DNA of 64,000 nucleotides from Eledone cirrhosa (GCA_964016885.1 OZ024743.1:173600001-173664000), one strand, 5' to 3'; counted from the stretch's first letter, positions 28,006 to 42,043 are shown. Program-made: numbers and translations. Notes: generated by a model from the letters alone, not told the origin.

Positions 28006-28382
28006 TAACCTTTTAGCATACATTACTCTGATTGGCAGTATTGGTAGAGCGTCGGACGCCATGCTTTGACGCATAGAGTTACGGCCCTTGCCATTCTGAG
28101 TTCAAATCCCACCGAGGTTAACTTTGCCTTTCATCCTTACGGGGTCGATAAAATAAAGTACCAGTAATGCACTGGGTATTTGCTGACCTTGTGCCAAAAG
28201 TAGAAACAATTACTCTATATATACTTTATCTCATATAATATCAAACCTTTGAGAGTTTGATATTATTTGTTTTGAGAACACTACCTTAACATGAGTATGA
28301 GTGGCCAGATACAGCTGGTTTGTACAGAAAGAGGTGAGAGAATTCCGGCCGGATATGACCTGTTTAAATGCTAAAGGGTTAA
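28006..28382 (+). mobile_element. piggyBac-like MITE copy interrupted by a SINE
   Basis: TAACCTTTTAGCAT...ATGCTAAAGGGTTAA terminal inverted repeats; body homologous to 27732-27931. Confidence 0.7.
28030..28208 (+). mobile_element. tRNA-derived SINE with 8-bp TSD (ATTACTCT)
   Basis: A-box-like TGGCAGTATTGG, B box GAGTTCAAATCCC; ATTACTCT at 28022-28029 and 28209-28216; body resembles octopus SINEs (from recall). Confidence 0.75.
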
Positions 28383-28464
28383 GAGAGAGGGAAATTTCGT
28401 TGCTATTTCTACTAGTGCTAGCTACCATGTAGAGGCTTCATCATTGGCTCTTGTTTATATTGTG

Positions 28465-28760
28465 TACATAGTAGTGGTGGTTGTGGTGCACATGGTGGTG
28501 GTGAGACGTGTTGGTGGTGGCTATGGTGTTCATGGTGATGATGTAGTGGTATGGTGGTGGTGGTGGGATGTACACGGTGGTGATGGTGAGGTGGTGTTGT
28601 GTACATTGTGGCATGGTGGTGGTGAGGTGGTGTGGTGTACATGGTAGTGGTGTTTTGGTGTGGTGGTGGTGAGGTGGTATACATGGTGGTGGTGGTGGTG
28701 TTCATGGTGGTGGTGGTGGTGGTGGTGGTGTACATGGTGGTGATGGTGGTGGTGTACATA
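28465..28760 (+). repeat. Degenerate (GGT)n / GTACATGGTGGT low-complexity repeat
   Basis: Seen directly. Confidence 0.85.
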
Positions 28761-29148
28761 TTGGCAGATAATTAGAAAACATCAGGTAGAGATAACAATA
28801 TATTTTGTAGGGGTGGGGATGGGTGTGGGGGTGAGTATAGGGAATGAATAAAGGGGACAACAGGAGGATAATACTGAGTGGGAGGGTAGTGGGGAAGGGT
28901 AAATCACGTGTGGAAATTATAGATCAATAAACAAATAGCAAAACTGGTTGATGAATAAGTTGGCTAATGAAGATTGGCTACCACCCCTCTCTCTACATAT
29001 ATATGTATATGGATATATATATACATATATATATATATATGGATATACATATATATATATATATGGATATACATATATATATATATATATATGGATATAT
29101 ATATATATGGATATATATATATATATATGGATATATATATATATATAT

Positions 29149-29204
<56 letters not shown>

Positions 29205-29263
29205 ATATATATATATATATATATATATATATGGATATATATATATATGGATATATATATATA

Positions 29264-29592
29264 TGTAGGAGGTGAGTTTTATTGTAGTACAATAAAGCAA
29301 TGCAGATATCGGATAAGAAGCACTCTACAGTTTGTGGGACTGGAGTATGCATAATATAAGATCAAAAGATGGTTAAAGGAGTTCCATATATTTTATTATG
29401 CGCATTTCAAAAACAAACATCATCATGCAATAATATTTGTGTTTTCATCAGATAAAACAGGAGAACATGATATGAAGGCTAAAAAACACTTGTGGATAGT
29501 GCAGTTTTAAATCAACATATGAAAAGGGGTTTTAGATTGATGTGTGATATTGGGAAAAATATTTTATTTAGAGAGGGGGGGGGGGGCGAAGA
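29264..29592 (-). mobile_element. Hammerhead-containing Penelope pLTR-like repeat, family 1, copy 1 (non-inverted)
   Basis: Homologous to 37657-37990 and 38686-39019; ends ...CAATAAAACTCACCTCCTACA into (TA)n on the minus strand. Confidence 0.7.
29389..29459 (-). ncRNA. Type I hammerhead ribozyme (family 1)
   Basis: Stem I TGTTTTAT/ATAAAATA, CUGAUGA, 36-nt stem-loop II, GAAA, palindromic stem III ATGCGCAT, AUA cleavage triplet. Confidence 0.8.
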
Positions 29593-29697
29593 GATATATA
29601 TATATCCATATATATATATATATATGGATATATATATATATATATGGATATATATATATATATATGGATATATATATATATATATGGATATATATAT

Positions 29698-29771
<74 letters not shown>

Positions 29772-29932
29772 ATATATATATATATATGGATATATATATA
29801 TATATATGAATATATATATATATATATATATGGATATATATATATATATATATGGATATATATATATATATATATGGATATATATATATATATATGGATA
29901 TATATGGATATATATATATGTATATATATATG

Positions 29933-29983
<51 letters not shown>

Positions 29984-29984
29984 G

Positions 29985-30079
<95 letters not shown>

Positions 30080-30329
30080 ATATATATGGATATATATATA
30101 TGGATATATATTTATATATATGTGGATATATATATATATGGATATATGTGTATATATATATATATATGGATATATATATATATATGGATATATATATATA
30201 TATATATGGATATATATATATATATATGGATATATATATATATATATATATGGATATATATATATATATGGATATATATATATATGGATATATATATAGA
30301 TATATATATATATATATATATATATATGG

Positions 30330-30361
<32 letters not shown>

Positions 30362-30363
30362 GG

Positions 30364-30525
<162 letters not shown>

Positions 30526-30571
30526 GGATATATATATATATGGATATATATATATATATATGGATATATAT

Positions 30572-30630
30572 AGTCCCACCCTTGCAAGCAGGGAAAAGTG
30601 GACATAAAATGAAATGAAATGAAATGAAAA
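30572..30630 (+). mobile_element. Extreme 3' fragment of a LINE (stem-loop plus (TGAAA)n tail)
   Basis: GTCCCAC-CCTTGCAAGCAGGG-AAAA-GTGGAC hairpin then ATAAAA(TGAAA)n; resembles the 3' end of the adjacent Tx1-like element. Confidence 0.55.
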
Positions 30631-30677
30631 TATGGATATATATATATATATATGGATATATATATATATATATATAT

Positions 30678-30783
<106 letters not shown>

Positions 30784-30786
30784 ATG

Positions 30787-30823
<37 letters not shown>

Positions 30824-30915
30824 GGATATATATATATATGGATATATATATATATATATGGATATATATATATATATATATGGATATATATATGGATATA
30901 TATATATATATATAT

Positions 30916-30979
<64 letters not shown>

Positions 30980-31238
30980 CTTTTATTTGCCACTAGGGCA
31001 TCAAAAGTGGGACAAGTACAAAGGGGGGAGTTTACACAAAAAGGCGTCCTCAATAAGGAGGAGGCAATAACAAAATATAAAAATAAAATAAGATATAACA
31101 AAAAATAAAATTTTTAACAAAATCCTCAATAGAGAGGAGGCGCCTTGGGGGGTCGCACACACCCCCGAAAAAAGTGTGCAACCCTTCTCCTCAGGAGCAC
31201 AGAGAAGGGGTGCTCCCTTGGTCTTTCATCTTCCTCAC

Positions 31239-34200
31239 CTATAGTCTGATGTAGAGTGAAGGCCCATTCACACGGGCCATTCTCGCCACTTTCACCCATC
31301 TTTCATAGAAACGGCTGGGGTGCAGCACCTCTCTCTCCATCCTGATCCTTCTTCCGAAATGATATCGGAAGAAACGGACCAGTTGTTGGCCAGAGAGAAA
31401 GGTGCCTGACCTCAGTCCTTTCAGACGCGTCCACCATACAACCTCTTTCGCCATGGCTATTACGCACAGAAACACCGCCTCTGCTTCATCTTTGAAGGGG
31501 GGAGGCGGCTTGATCATTACAATAGACTCGGTGGTCAACCGGATCGGTCCCACCCTTGACAGCAGTTGTTCGACATAGCCCCACAGATCGGCTACGCCCG
31601 AGCAGTGTACCAATGCGTGTGCAACGGTTTCCTCGTCGCACACGCATCTGGGACAGATCTTTTTGGCGGGGTCCCTACCCGGGCGCCCGTGTCTGTAGAG
31701 CCTTTCTCGAACGGGTAAAGCCCCTCGGTAGCACTGCCAGGCCAGGGACTTCTGGAAGTTGTCCATAGGTCCTGGGCTGAATGTCCTACCGAACAGGCTG
31801 GCCAGTTCGTCCTCCTCCATGTCTAGGGCTTCTCCGAGGGCGTCGTCGCACCTGCTGCGTACCAGCCCTCTATAGAATGTTGCGGTGGAGTCTCCACTGA
31901 TAACCGGATCCGCCTGCCAGAGGGCGGTGAGCGCCTGGGCACACTCAGTGTGCCAGGCGCCCAGTTTTCTCGGTCTTTGCTTGACCCAGGATTGCAGCTC
32001 GGTGAGTGAGACGAGTCTGGGAAAGGTTCGTCTCACAAACGAGGCCCACACCGGTTGTCCGGTGAGGAATACGTAGAGGTGCCGTAGCCTTAATGCGTGT
32101 TTACGCATCATTAGCCACGGCATCCCCAGCCCTCCTTTCGAAGGGTGTTGACAGCAGATGGATCTCCTCACCATAGGAGCCCGCCTCTTCCAAAGGAATT
32201 GGAAGAGCGCGCGCTCCATCTTGGTGAGGGTTTCCCTTGGGCAGGGCACTACGGTCAGGCGGTAGTAGATGACGGACGCTATGTAGGTGTTCGCCACTTC
32301 CGCCCGACCTTTCAGGGATAGTTTGCAACTGGCCCACTTCTGGGTCAGTGCAAACACCCTGTTCGTAACCTCCGCCCAGTTTTTCTCCACCTGGAGGTCC
32401 GGTCCGAACCAGACCCCGAGCAACTTCACCGGGCCCTCCGTCCAGCGTCCGACGACGCTATCGGAGGGCATCGGTCTGCCCCTCCACGTGCCGAGTTGCA
32501 AACCGATCGACTTGTCCCGGTTCAGCTTAGCCCCTGTGAACCTTTCGTACTCCTGCAGTAAGGTGCCGACCGCCTCGATTTCGGAGGCCGTCGACACCAT
32601 TACTGTCACGTCATCGGCGTAGGCCGACACCGCTTTCCGCAATCCCGGTTCCAAGGGGATGCCCTGCAACAACTCCAACTTCCGCAGTAGTGGCTCGAGA
32701 GTCAACACATACAGAAGGGAGGAGAGAGGGCACCCTTGTCGGATGGACCGCGCGATTTGGAACGGCTCCGAGAGGTAGCCGTTCACCTTGACCCTAGAGC
32801 AGATGCGGCCGCTGTGCATAGCAGTGATCCAGCCCCTGAAAACGGGTCCGAAGCCTGCCGCTGCTAGCACCGCATCCAGGTAACCATGGTCGACCCTATC
32901 GAACGCCTTAGATTGATCCAAGTTGATCAGAGCCCCACCAAAGCCGGGTTCGTTCCCAACCCTCTCTATGATGTATCGCATGAGGTGGAGGTTGTCATGG
33001 ATGGACCTGGACGGGATAGCGCATGTCTGCGCATCTCCCACCAGGTTGCCCACGACAAGCGCCAACCTCTTTGCTAGCACCTTGGCCAAAATCTGTAACT
33101 CTGTATTTAGCAGTGTTATGGGCCTGAAGTTACTTATTTCGTCCCCCTTGTTCTCGTCCTTCCTCACTAGCGTGACTACGCCCTTGGTCACAGTACAGGG
33201 AATTCTCCCGTTCTGTTGCCAGTTGCAGTAGACCGCCTCGAGGAGATCGGGGAACAAGTCCGGCATAGCTAGATATAATTCGTAAGGAAGACCATCGAGA
33301 CCCGGGGATTTGCGTTTGCCGCATTGGCTCAGCACGTCCTCTATCTCAGCGGCCGAAATCGGCTCCTCGCAGGACTTCGCCTCCCTGTCCGAGAGGCGCG
33401 GCAGGCCGTCGAGGTATGGACCGAAGTCCACGTTCCCAACCGGCTCCCCGCCCCTCCCGAACAGTCGGGCAAAGTGCCTTTGAAAGGCCTCACACATCTG
33501 CTCAGGCTCAAGAATCGCCCGTCCATCCAGGTCTCGCAAAGACCGGATGGTGGATTTAGTTCCACTGTTGGCCTCTGTCACGCGGGCCCAGCTAACAGCT
33601 TTGGTCCCCTCGTTCCCTAGAGCACGTATTTTACTTCGGACAACGCAGCCTTCGTGCTTCGCGTCGAAAAACTGGCTCAAAGCCGTTCTCGACGCTAGCA
33701 CTCTGGCCACGTCGCCGCTTCTAATTGCCTCTTCTACTCTATCTATTAGCTCCCTTTCCTTCCTATTCCTATCCGCAGCTAGAACCTTACTAAATTCTAT
33801 CGAGACTACTCTAATCTCTCTCTTTAGAGATACCCACCACCTGCTGTTGACGATCGCTCCAGTCAACCGTTCCTTAACTAACGTACTAATCCGATTCCTG
33901 TAGGCTCTACTTGCCGGCAAGGACAAGTTGAGCTTCCAGTAACCGGGGCCCTGTCTATGAGTTCTGTCAAGGTTGACCATGCAGGTCACTAATTTGTGGT
34001 CTGAATAGCCAACCATGCGCATTTTTGGACAACTTAAAAAGTCCTTATCCTTAATTCTAACTAAGAACCTATCTAGGTACGACCTAGATGATCCGCTACG
34101 ATTTGCCCAAGTCCAGGTTGTCGCAGTCGGAAAATCTAGTCGATATCTATCGGCCAGGTCAAATCGACCGATTAACCCTTTGAGGCTATTACACCCCTCT

Positions 34201-34679
34201 CTATCGGGGCATGCCCCTACGTAGTCCCAGCGTGCATCTAGGATACCATTCCAGTCCCCCACTAATAGCAAGGAGCGGGACGTCCCCAGAAAAGTCTCCA
34301 GACGATGGAAGAAGTCCGGCCGCATTGACCCGAAAGGGCCGTAGGCGGCTACCAACCTAAACGCTCCGCCTTTACCACTGCCAAGGTCCAGAACCACTAG
34401 TCGACCCTCCGGGTCCAAATGTACCATCTGTGTTGCGAGACCCAGATGTTTTTGCAGCAGAACGACAACTCCACCCCCACCTCCGGGCTGACAGAGAGAT
34501 GCGTGCATCTCAAAGTCATCAAAGGTGGGGGCCAGCTGTCGCACGTTGCTGATCCGGGGGGCCTCGCAAATAACCATCACATCTATACGTTGTGACCTGA
34601 GGTCATTTAGAAGCATTGCTTGCTTCCAAGTTGAGCCCAGGCCACGCGCATTTAAACAGCCTACTCTTAGCATAGCCAT
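31239..34679 (-). CDS. ORF2: APE endonuclease + reverse transcriptase + C-terminal CCHC zinc finger (Tx1-like)
   Basis: LNARGL, GDWN, YLDRF, SDH (APE); KSPGLDG, FRPITLLN, LDQSKAFDRV, QGCPLS, AYADD (RT); CPRC..ETVAHALVHC; first ATG at 34679, in-frame GTG at 34703. Confidence 0.93.
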   Translation of the reverse strand: MAMLRVGCLNARGLGSTWKQAMLLNDLRSQRIDVMVICEAPRISNVRQLAPTFDDFEMHASLCQPGGGGGVVVLLQKHLGLATQMVHLDPEGRLVVLDLGSGKGGAFRLVAAYGPFGSMRPDFFHRLETFLGTSRSLLLVGDWNGILDARWDYVGACPDREGCNSLKGLIGRFDLADRYRLDFPTATTWTWANRSGSSRSYLDRFLVRIKDKDFLSCPKMRMVGYSDHKLVTCMVNLDRTHRQGPGYWKLNLSLPASRAYRNRISTLVKERLTGAIVNSRWWVSLKREIRVVSIEFSKVLAADRNRKERELIDRVEEAIRSGDVARVLASRTALSQFFDAKHEGCVVRSKIRALGNEGTKAVSWARVTEANSGTKSTIRSLRDLDGRAILEPEQMCEAFQRHFARLFGRGGEPVGNVDFGPYLDGLPRLSDREAKSCEEPISAAEIEDVLSQCGKRKSPGLDGLPYELYLAMPDLFPDLLEAVYCNWQQNGRIPCTVTKGVVTLVRKDENKGDEISNFRPITLLNTELQILAKVLAKRLALVVGNLVGDAQTCAIPSRSIHDNLHLMRYIIERVGNEPGFGGALINLDQSKAFDRVDHGYLDAVLAAAGFGPVFRGWITAMHSGRICSRVKVNGYLSEPFQIARSIRQGCPLSSLLYVLTLEPLLRKLELLQGIPLEPGLRKAVSAYADDVTVMVSTASEIEAVGTLLQEYERFTGAKLNRDKSIGLQLGTWRGRPMPSDSVVGRWTEGPVKLLGVWFGPDLQVEKNWAEVTNRVFALTQKWASCKLSLKGRAEVANTYIASVIYYRLTVVPCPRETLTKMERALFQFLWKRRAPMVRRSICCQHPSKGGLGMPWLMMRKHALRLRHLYVFLTGQPVWASFVRRTFPRLVSLTELQSWVKQRPRKLGAWHTECAQALTALWQADPVISGDSTATFYRGLVRSRCDDALGEALDMEEDELASLFGRTFSPGPMDNFQKSLAWQCYRGALPVRERLYRHGRPGRDPAKKICPRCVCDEETVAHALVHCSGVADLWGYVEQLLSRVGPIRLTTESIVMIKPPPPFKDEAEAVFLCVIAMAKEVVWWTRLKGLRSGTFLSGQQLVRFFRYHFGRRIRMEREVLHPSRFYERWVKVARMARVNGPSLYIRL

Positions 34680-34703
34680 GTTGGTGGTGAAGAGAAAAGG
34701 CAC

Positions 34704-36455
34704 TTACCTCTCTGCGTCCCGGGTATCGGGCTGCACAATTTCCATTAGGGTGGGGGATGGGTTGTTGGGTGGGGTGGTGGTTTGTGGAAGTGTGGGGGCA
34801 TCAGTGTGTTGTGTGGTTGGGGAGCTTGGAGTTGTGTGGGTGTTTGGGGAGGGGGTGGGATAGTTTTTTAGGAGGACGCGGTTAATGGGCCCGACGCAGG
34901 GGGGACCCACGTCCTCTTTAAAATTGTTTTTTAAAGTTTTATAGGTGTCCTGTGGGGCCTTAATCATTTTGAGGTGGGGGAAATCCCCTGCCTGGGTGAA
35001 GTTAGGCCCTTGTGTTTTTATTAGATTGTTGTTGTACACAATGTTTAACAGTTTTTTGTTTCTTGTATTTATGTATGTGTATGCATGTTTTTGTTTTTGT
35101 GTGGTGTTTTTTGTTTGCTGTTGTGAGCTCTTTTGTGTTGGTGTCAGTGTTATGTTTTGGGGAGGGGTTTTTTTCATTTGTGTGTCTGAGGTGTGTTTTC
35201 TTTTTTTTCTTTTGATTGTGTGGAAGTGCTCCTCCTCGTCTGACGACGAACTAGGGTCATCTTCCGCGTTGGAGGGGAGGGGTATATTTTCGGGTTGTGT
35301 TTGCGGTACGGGTGTTTTGGAAATTGTTTTTGTTTTTTGAGTGGAGGGGATGGGTTGGACATTGTTTTGTTTTGGTTTGAGCTGTGGTGGTTGTTTTTGT
35401 AGTGGTAGTTGTGGTGATTGTGTTGGTTGTGCAGTTGTTGGTGGTGTAGGCAGGATTGGGGTTTTCTTATTAAGTTGGGGACAGACAGCCCTCAGGTGAC
35501 CTCTGGTTCCGCAGAGGTAACACGAGGGCCGTCTACCCTCAACGGTAATGTTAATGAAGGTTAGATCATCCAGTATGACGCGTTCAGGGATCTGGGCGAT
35601 CCTTTCGGGCCTCATTTGAACTACAAGTTCGAGGCTCGTTCCACTGAACGCGTCACCCGATGCCTTTCCCATGGACACCAGCATGTCATCCTCCAGGTCC
35701 AGAAAACCTGTCAAAACCCACCATATGTCCATAATCGGCAGGATGGTGTGGATTTTTATTTTTTGTGTTCTTCTACCCATGTACGTAGGGTAGAAGGTGT
35801 ATGCGGTGGATGTGATTGGTTTGATGGACAGTTTCACTGCTGTGTCCCTGTCCTTCATGAGAATGGATAGACTCCCGTAGAGTCTATCCTTCTGAATGAA
35901 GGTGATGTCCTTCATGACGTCTTTTAAAACCAGCTCTATCTCGCTCTGTGATGGTTGAGCTGGTTTTTTACTTTTGTTCGAGATTGTCCTAAACATGACC
36001 GTGTTTAGGAGTCTCTGGCTTTTTAGTTCCGGGGGGGAATGGATTGTGAAAGAACCATTTTCCCCGTACACTATATATTTTTTCGCATCCGCCAGTAGCT
36101 CCTTCGCTTTTGTTATATCTACTGGCAGATAGTCGAGGGTTTTCCTTGTCGTCTCGGCGAAGGAGAAATTTTGTTTGTTTGTGTTGTTGTTGTCGTTGGT
36201 GGTGTTGTTGTTATCATTGTTGTTGTTGTCACCGTTATTGGTCTTGTTGTTGTTGTTGTTGTTATTGTTATTGTTATTGGTGTTGTTTTCGTCCGTCGCA
36301 TTGTTGTTGTTGTTGCTGTTGCTGCTGATTCTTTGGGTTGTTGCCATGGCAACGTCAAGTTGTCGGTTAACAGGTGGAGAGAATTCTTCCTCTGGCTGAC
36401 CTTTCTTCTTGACCTCTGCAACTGTGACAGTGGCAGGGGGAAGCTGTAAGTTCAT
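34704..36455 (-). CDS. ORF1: gag-like nucleic-acid-binding protein with CCHC zinc knuckle and poly-Asn N-terminus
   Basis: 583 aa open; [14 protein letters not shown] knuckle at 35481-35522; immediately upstream of ORF2. Confidence 0.85.
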   Translation of the reverse strand: MNLQLPPATVTVAEVKKKGQPEEEFSPPVNRQLDVAMATTQRISSNSNNNNNATDENNTNNNNNNNNNNNKTNNGDNNNNDNNNTTNDNNNTNKQNFSFAETTRKTLDYLPVDITKAKELLADAKKYIVYGENGSFTIHSPPELKSQRLLNTVMFRTISNKSKKPAQPSQSEIELVLKDVMKDITFIQKDRLYGSLSILMKDRDTAVKLSIKPITSTAYTFYPTYMGRRTQKIKIHTILPIMDIWWVLTGFLDLEDDMLVSMGKASGDAFSGTSLELVVQMRPERIAQIPERVILDDLTFINITVEGRRPSCYLCGTRGHLRAVCPQLNKKTPILPTPPTTAQPTQSPQLPLQKQPPQLKPKQNNVQPIPSTQKTKTISKTPVPQTQPENIPLPSNAEDDPSSSSDEEEHFHTIKRKKRKHTSDTQMKKTPPQNITLTPTQKSSQQQTKNTTQKQKHAYTYINTRNKKLLNIVYNNNLIKTQGPNFTQAGDFPHLKMIKAPQDTYKTLKNNFKEDVGPPCVGPINRVLLKNYPTPSPNTHTTPSSPTTQHTDAPTLPQTTTPPNNPSPTLMEIVQPDTRDAER

Positions 36456-36490
36456 CTTCCCCTTTCCTCCTTCGAATTTTGGTGAAGAAG

Positions 36491-36523
<33 letters not shown>

Positions 36524-36704
36524 ATATATATATATATATGGATATATATATATATATATATGGATATATATATATATATATATATATATGGATATATATA
36601 TATATATGGATATATATATATGTATATATATATATATATGGATATATATATATATATGGATATATATATATGTATATATATATATATGTATATATATATT
36701 ATTG

Positions 36705-36735
<31 letters not shown>

Positions 36736-36736
36736 G

Positions 36737-36832
<96 letters not shown>

Positions 36833-36953
36833 TATATATATATGGATATATATGGATATATATATATGGATATATATTTATATATATGTGGATATATATA
36901 TATATATATGGATATATGTATATATATATATATATATGGATATATATATATAT

Positions 36954-37005
<52 letters not shown>

Positions 37006-37053
37006 ATATATATATATATGGATATATATATATATGGATATATATATATATGG

Positions 37054-37242
<189 letters not shown>

Positions 37243-37245
37243 TGG

Positions 37246-37280
<35 letters not shown>

Positions 37281-37281
37281 T

Positions 37282-37332
<51 letters not shown>

Positions 37333-37334
37333 TG

Positions 37335-37370
<36 letters not shown>

Positions 37371-37495
37371 TATATATATATATATATATATATATGGATA
37401 TATATATATATATGGATATATATATATATATGGATATATATATATATATATGGATATATATATATATATGGATATATATGGATATATATATATGG

Positions 37496-37599
<104 letters not shown>

Positions 37600-37612
37600 G
37601 GATATATATATA

Positions 37613-38086
<474 letters not shown>

Positions 38087-38091
38087 ATATA

Positions 38092-38130
<39 letters not shown>

Positions 38131-38152
38131 CCATATATATATATATATATGG

Positions 38153-38207
<55 letters not shown>

Positions 38208-38219
38208 TATATATATATG

Positions 38220-38251
<32 letters not shown>

Positions 38252-38254
38252 TGG

Positions 38255-38331
<77 letters not shown>

Positions 38332-38333
38332 TG

Positions 38334-38415
<82 letters not shown>

Positions 38416-38499
38416 TGGATATATATATATATATGGATATATATATATATATATGGATATAAATATATATATATGGATATATATGGATATATATATATG

Positions 38500-38566
<67 letters not shown>

Positions 38567-38634
38567 GTATATATATATATGTATATATGTATATATATAT
38601 ATATATGGATATATATATATATATATATATATAT

Positions 38635-38685
<51 letters not shown>

Positions 38686-38687
<2 letters not shown>

Positions 38688-39013
38688 GTAGGAGGTGAGT
38701 TTTATTGTAGTACAATAAAGCAATGCAGATATCGGATAAGAAGCACTCTACAGTTTGTGGGACTGGAGTATGCATAATATAAGATCAAAAGATGGTTAAA
38801 GGAGTTCAATATATTTTATTATGCGCATTTCAATTATCTCCAGCCTGTTGATATGTTGATTTAAAACTGCACTATCAACAAGTGTTTTTTTAGCCTTCAT
38901 ATCATGTTCTCCTGTTTTATCTGATGAAAACACAAATATTATTGTTTGATGATGTTTGTTTTTGAAATGCGCATAATAAAATATATTGAACTCCTTTAAC
39001 CATCTTTTGATCT

Positions 39014-39019
<6 letters not shown>
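38686..39019. mobile_element. Family 1 fold-back copy 3 (tandem duplicate of copy 2, 1029-bp offset)
   Basis: Same sequence and same inversion breakpoint as 37657-37990. Confidence 0.75.
38913..38983 (+). ncRNA. Type I hammerhead ribozyme (family 1)
   Basis: Same as 37884-37954. Confidence 0.8.
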
Positions 39020-39068
<49 letters not shown>

Positions 39069-39241
39069 TATATATATATGGATATATATGGATATATATT
39101 TATATATATGTGGATATATATATATATGGATATATGTATACATATATATATATATGGATATATATATATATATGGATATATATATATATATGGATATATA
39201 TATATATATATATATGGATATATATATATATATATATATGG

Positions 39242-39343
<102 letters not shown>

Positions 39344-39395
39344 ATATATATATATATATATATGTATTTATATATATATATATATATATATATAG

Positions 39396-39438
<43 letters not shown>

Positions 39439-39485
39439 TGTATGGATATATATATATATATGGATTTATATATATATATATATAT

Positions 39486-39542
<57 letters not shown>

Positions 39543-39605
39543 TATCCATATATATATATATATATATATATATATCCATATATATATATATATATATATA
39601 TATCC

Positions 39606-39643
<38 letters not shown>

Positions 39644-39713
39644 GGATATATATATATATGGATATATATATATATATATGGATATATATATATATATATA
39701 TGGATATATATAT

Positions 39714-39747
<34 letters not shown>

Positions 39748-39800
39748 ATATATATATATATATCTATATATATATATTGATATATATATATATATGGATA

Positions 39801-41315
39801 TTACTCTTTTACTCTTTTACCTGTTTCAGCCATCCGGCTGAGGCCATGCTGGGGCACCGCCCTTGTTGCTACACATTTTATCTCCAGCCTGTATAGGTTG
39901 GCCACTGGTGTAGGAGGGAGTTTGTTGCTGCTGCCCTTAGGTTTCACTCGTGTCTTGCTGTGGGCTCATCCGGGATCATGGATAACAAGGTGTCGAGATG
40001 TTTCTTAAAGACATCCACCTCCACGTCATGCAAGTCTCGCAGATGCCTCGGCAGCCTGTTGAAGAGTTGAGGGCCCTTGAATCCCAGGCTATTGTAATAC
40101 CTGCTCCTTATTCTAGATGTGGTAGACGGGACCTTTGGCACCACACAGTGACGTCCTGTTCGACGGTTGGTCCAGCTCCCAATGCCAAAGTTTGGTGCTA
40201 GTCCCTCCAGGATTTTCCACATGTAGATCACTGCGTATCTCTCCCGTCTTCGCTCCAAGGAGTAGAGGTTCAGTTCCTTCAGCCTCTCCCAGTAGCTTGT
40301 CTCCCTCATCTTGGCAATCCTCTTGGTGTAGCTTCGCTGGATTGCCTCAAGCTCTGTGGTTAGTTTGACACTATGGGGTGACCACAGCTGGGAGCAGTAG
40401 TCCAGGCGGCTTAGGACAAAAGTCCTCCACAGTGTCAACATGGTGTCTCGATCTCTTGTAAGGAAAGTCCTCAAGATCCAGCCAGCGAATCGTCTACATG
40501 CTGTCGCCACCTTCATGATGTGTGAAGAAAAAGATGCATCATCGCTCATGTCTATGCCCAGGTCTCGTATCGATTTTGACACGGGGATATCGGTCCCTCC
40601 TGGTCCTGTGTAGCTGTGTTCCGCTATATTTGTGTTTGTGTTTGCAGGTTTGTATTGTAGGGCTTGGAATTTGCCAGCATTAAACTGCATGTTGTTTTCT
40701 TCCGCCCATCTGTATATGGCATCCAGATCCTGCTGTAAGAGGGCAGCGTCAGCCGGGTTTTGATTGCCTGTGCTACCTTAGTGTCATCAGCATAGCTAGT
40801 GAGGGATGTTGTTGCATGCACCACAGAGGGCATGTCCGAGAGAGCCACCAAAAACAGTAGTGGTCCCAGGACTGTCCCCTGAGGCACCCCACTTGTTATC
40901 GGTGTTTCCCTCGAGAGGGCCCCATTTGCTGCGACTGCCTGGCTTCTGTCCCTCAGGAAGCCATGCAGCCACTCACCTACTTTTCCAGTTATGCCGAGTC
41001 CGTGTAGTTTGTGACATATCATTCCGTGGTCGACCTTGTCAAAGGCCTTCGCAAAGTCAAGATATATCACGTCTACATGTGAGCTGTCTAGTAGCTGTCT
41101 CAGTACCCAGTCGTAGTGATGTAGCAGCTGTGTAAGGCAGCTTCTGCCTGGGCGGAAGCCATGTTGCGTGCTAGTCAGGCGGTCATTTTCTTCGAGGAAA
41201 GTGATTAGTTTCTTTCTGACGACTCGCTCCATGACCTTACTGATATGATTAGTTTCTTTCTGACGACTCGCTCCATGACCTTACTGATATTCTGACAACT
41301 CGCTCCATGACCTTA

Positions 41316-41321
<6 letters not shown>
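39801..41321 (-). mobile_element. 5'-truncated CR1/L2-group LINE with (GAGTAAAA)n tail
   Basis: RT motifs QHGFRPGRSC, YLDFAKAFDKV, GVPQGTVLGP, YADD; 3' stem-loop CTCAGCC-GGAT-GGCTGA and tail GTAAAAGAGTAAAAGAGTAA. Confidence 0.88.
39944..41232 (-). pseudogene. Frameshifted RT/C-terminal fragment of CR1/L2-group ORF2
   Basis: Split between ORFs 40624-41232 and 39944-40690; frameshift near 40760. Confidence 0.85.
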
Positions 41322-41346
<25 letters not shown>

Positions 41347-41445
41347 GGATATATATATATATATATATGGATATATATATATATATATATGGATATATAT
41401 ATATATATATGGATATATATATATATATATGGATATATATATATG

Positions 41446-41478
<33 letters not shown>

Positions 41479-41501
41479 GTATATAAATATATATATATAT
41501 G

Positions 41502-41623
<122 letters not shown>

Positions 41624-41658
41624 TATATATATATGGATATATATGGATATATATATAT

Positions 41659-41705
<47 letters not shown>

Positions 41706-41838
41706 TATATATATATGGATATATATGGATATATATTTATATATATGTGGATATATATATATATATATGGATATATGTATATATATATATATATATGGAT
41801 ATATATATATATATGGATATATATATATATATATATAT

Positions 41839-41884
<46 letters not shown>

Positions 41885-41944
41885 ATATATATATATATAT
41901 ATATATGGATATATATATATATATATGGATATATATATATATGG

Positions 41945-41983
<39 letters not shown>

Positions 41984-41990
41984 TAGATAT

Positions 41991-42043
<53 letters not shown>

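Larger units (their letters stand above)
30977..36493 (-). mobile_element. Full-length Tx1/L1-clade non-LTR retrotransposon inserted in (TA)n
   Basis: Two open ORFs, ~38-bp 5' UTR, ~260-bp 3' UTR ending AATAAAAGAAA, (TA)n on both sides. Confidence 0.9.

Noticed and set aside
31556-36449. Plus-strand and alternate-frame ORFs overlapping the Tx1 element (and similar ones over the RTE copies)
   Set aside because: Shadow ORFs with no recognisable motifs
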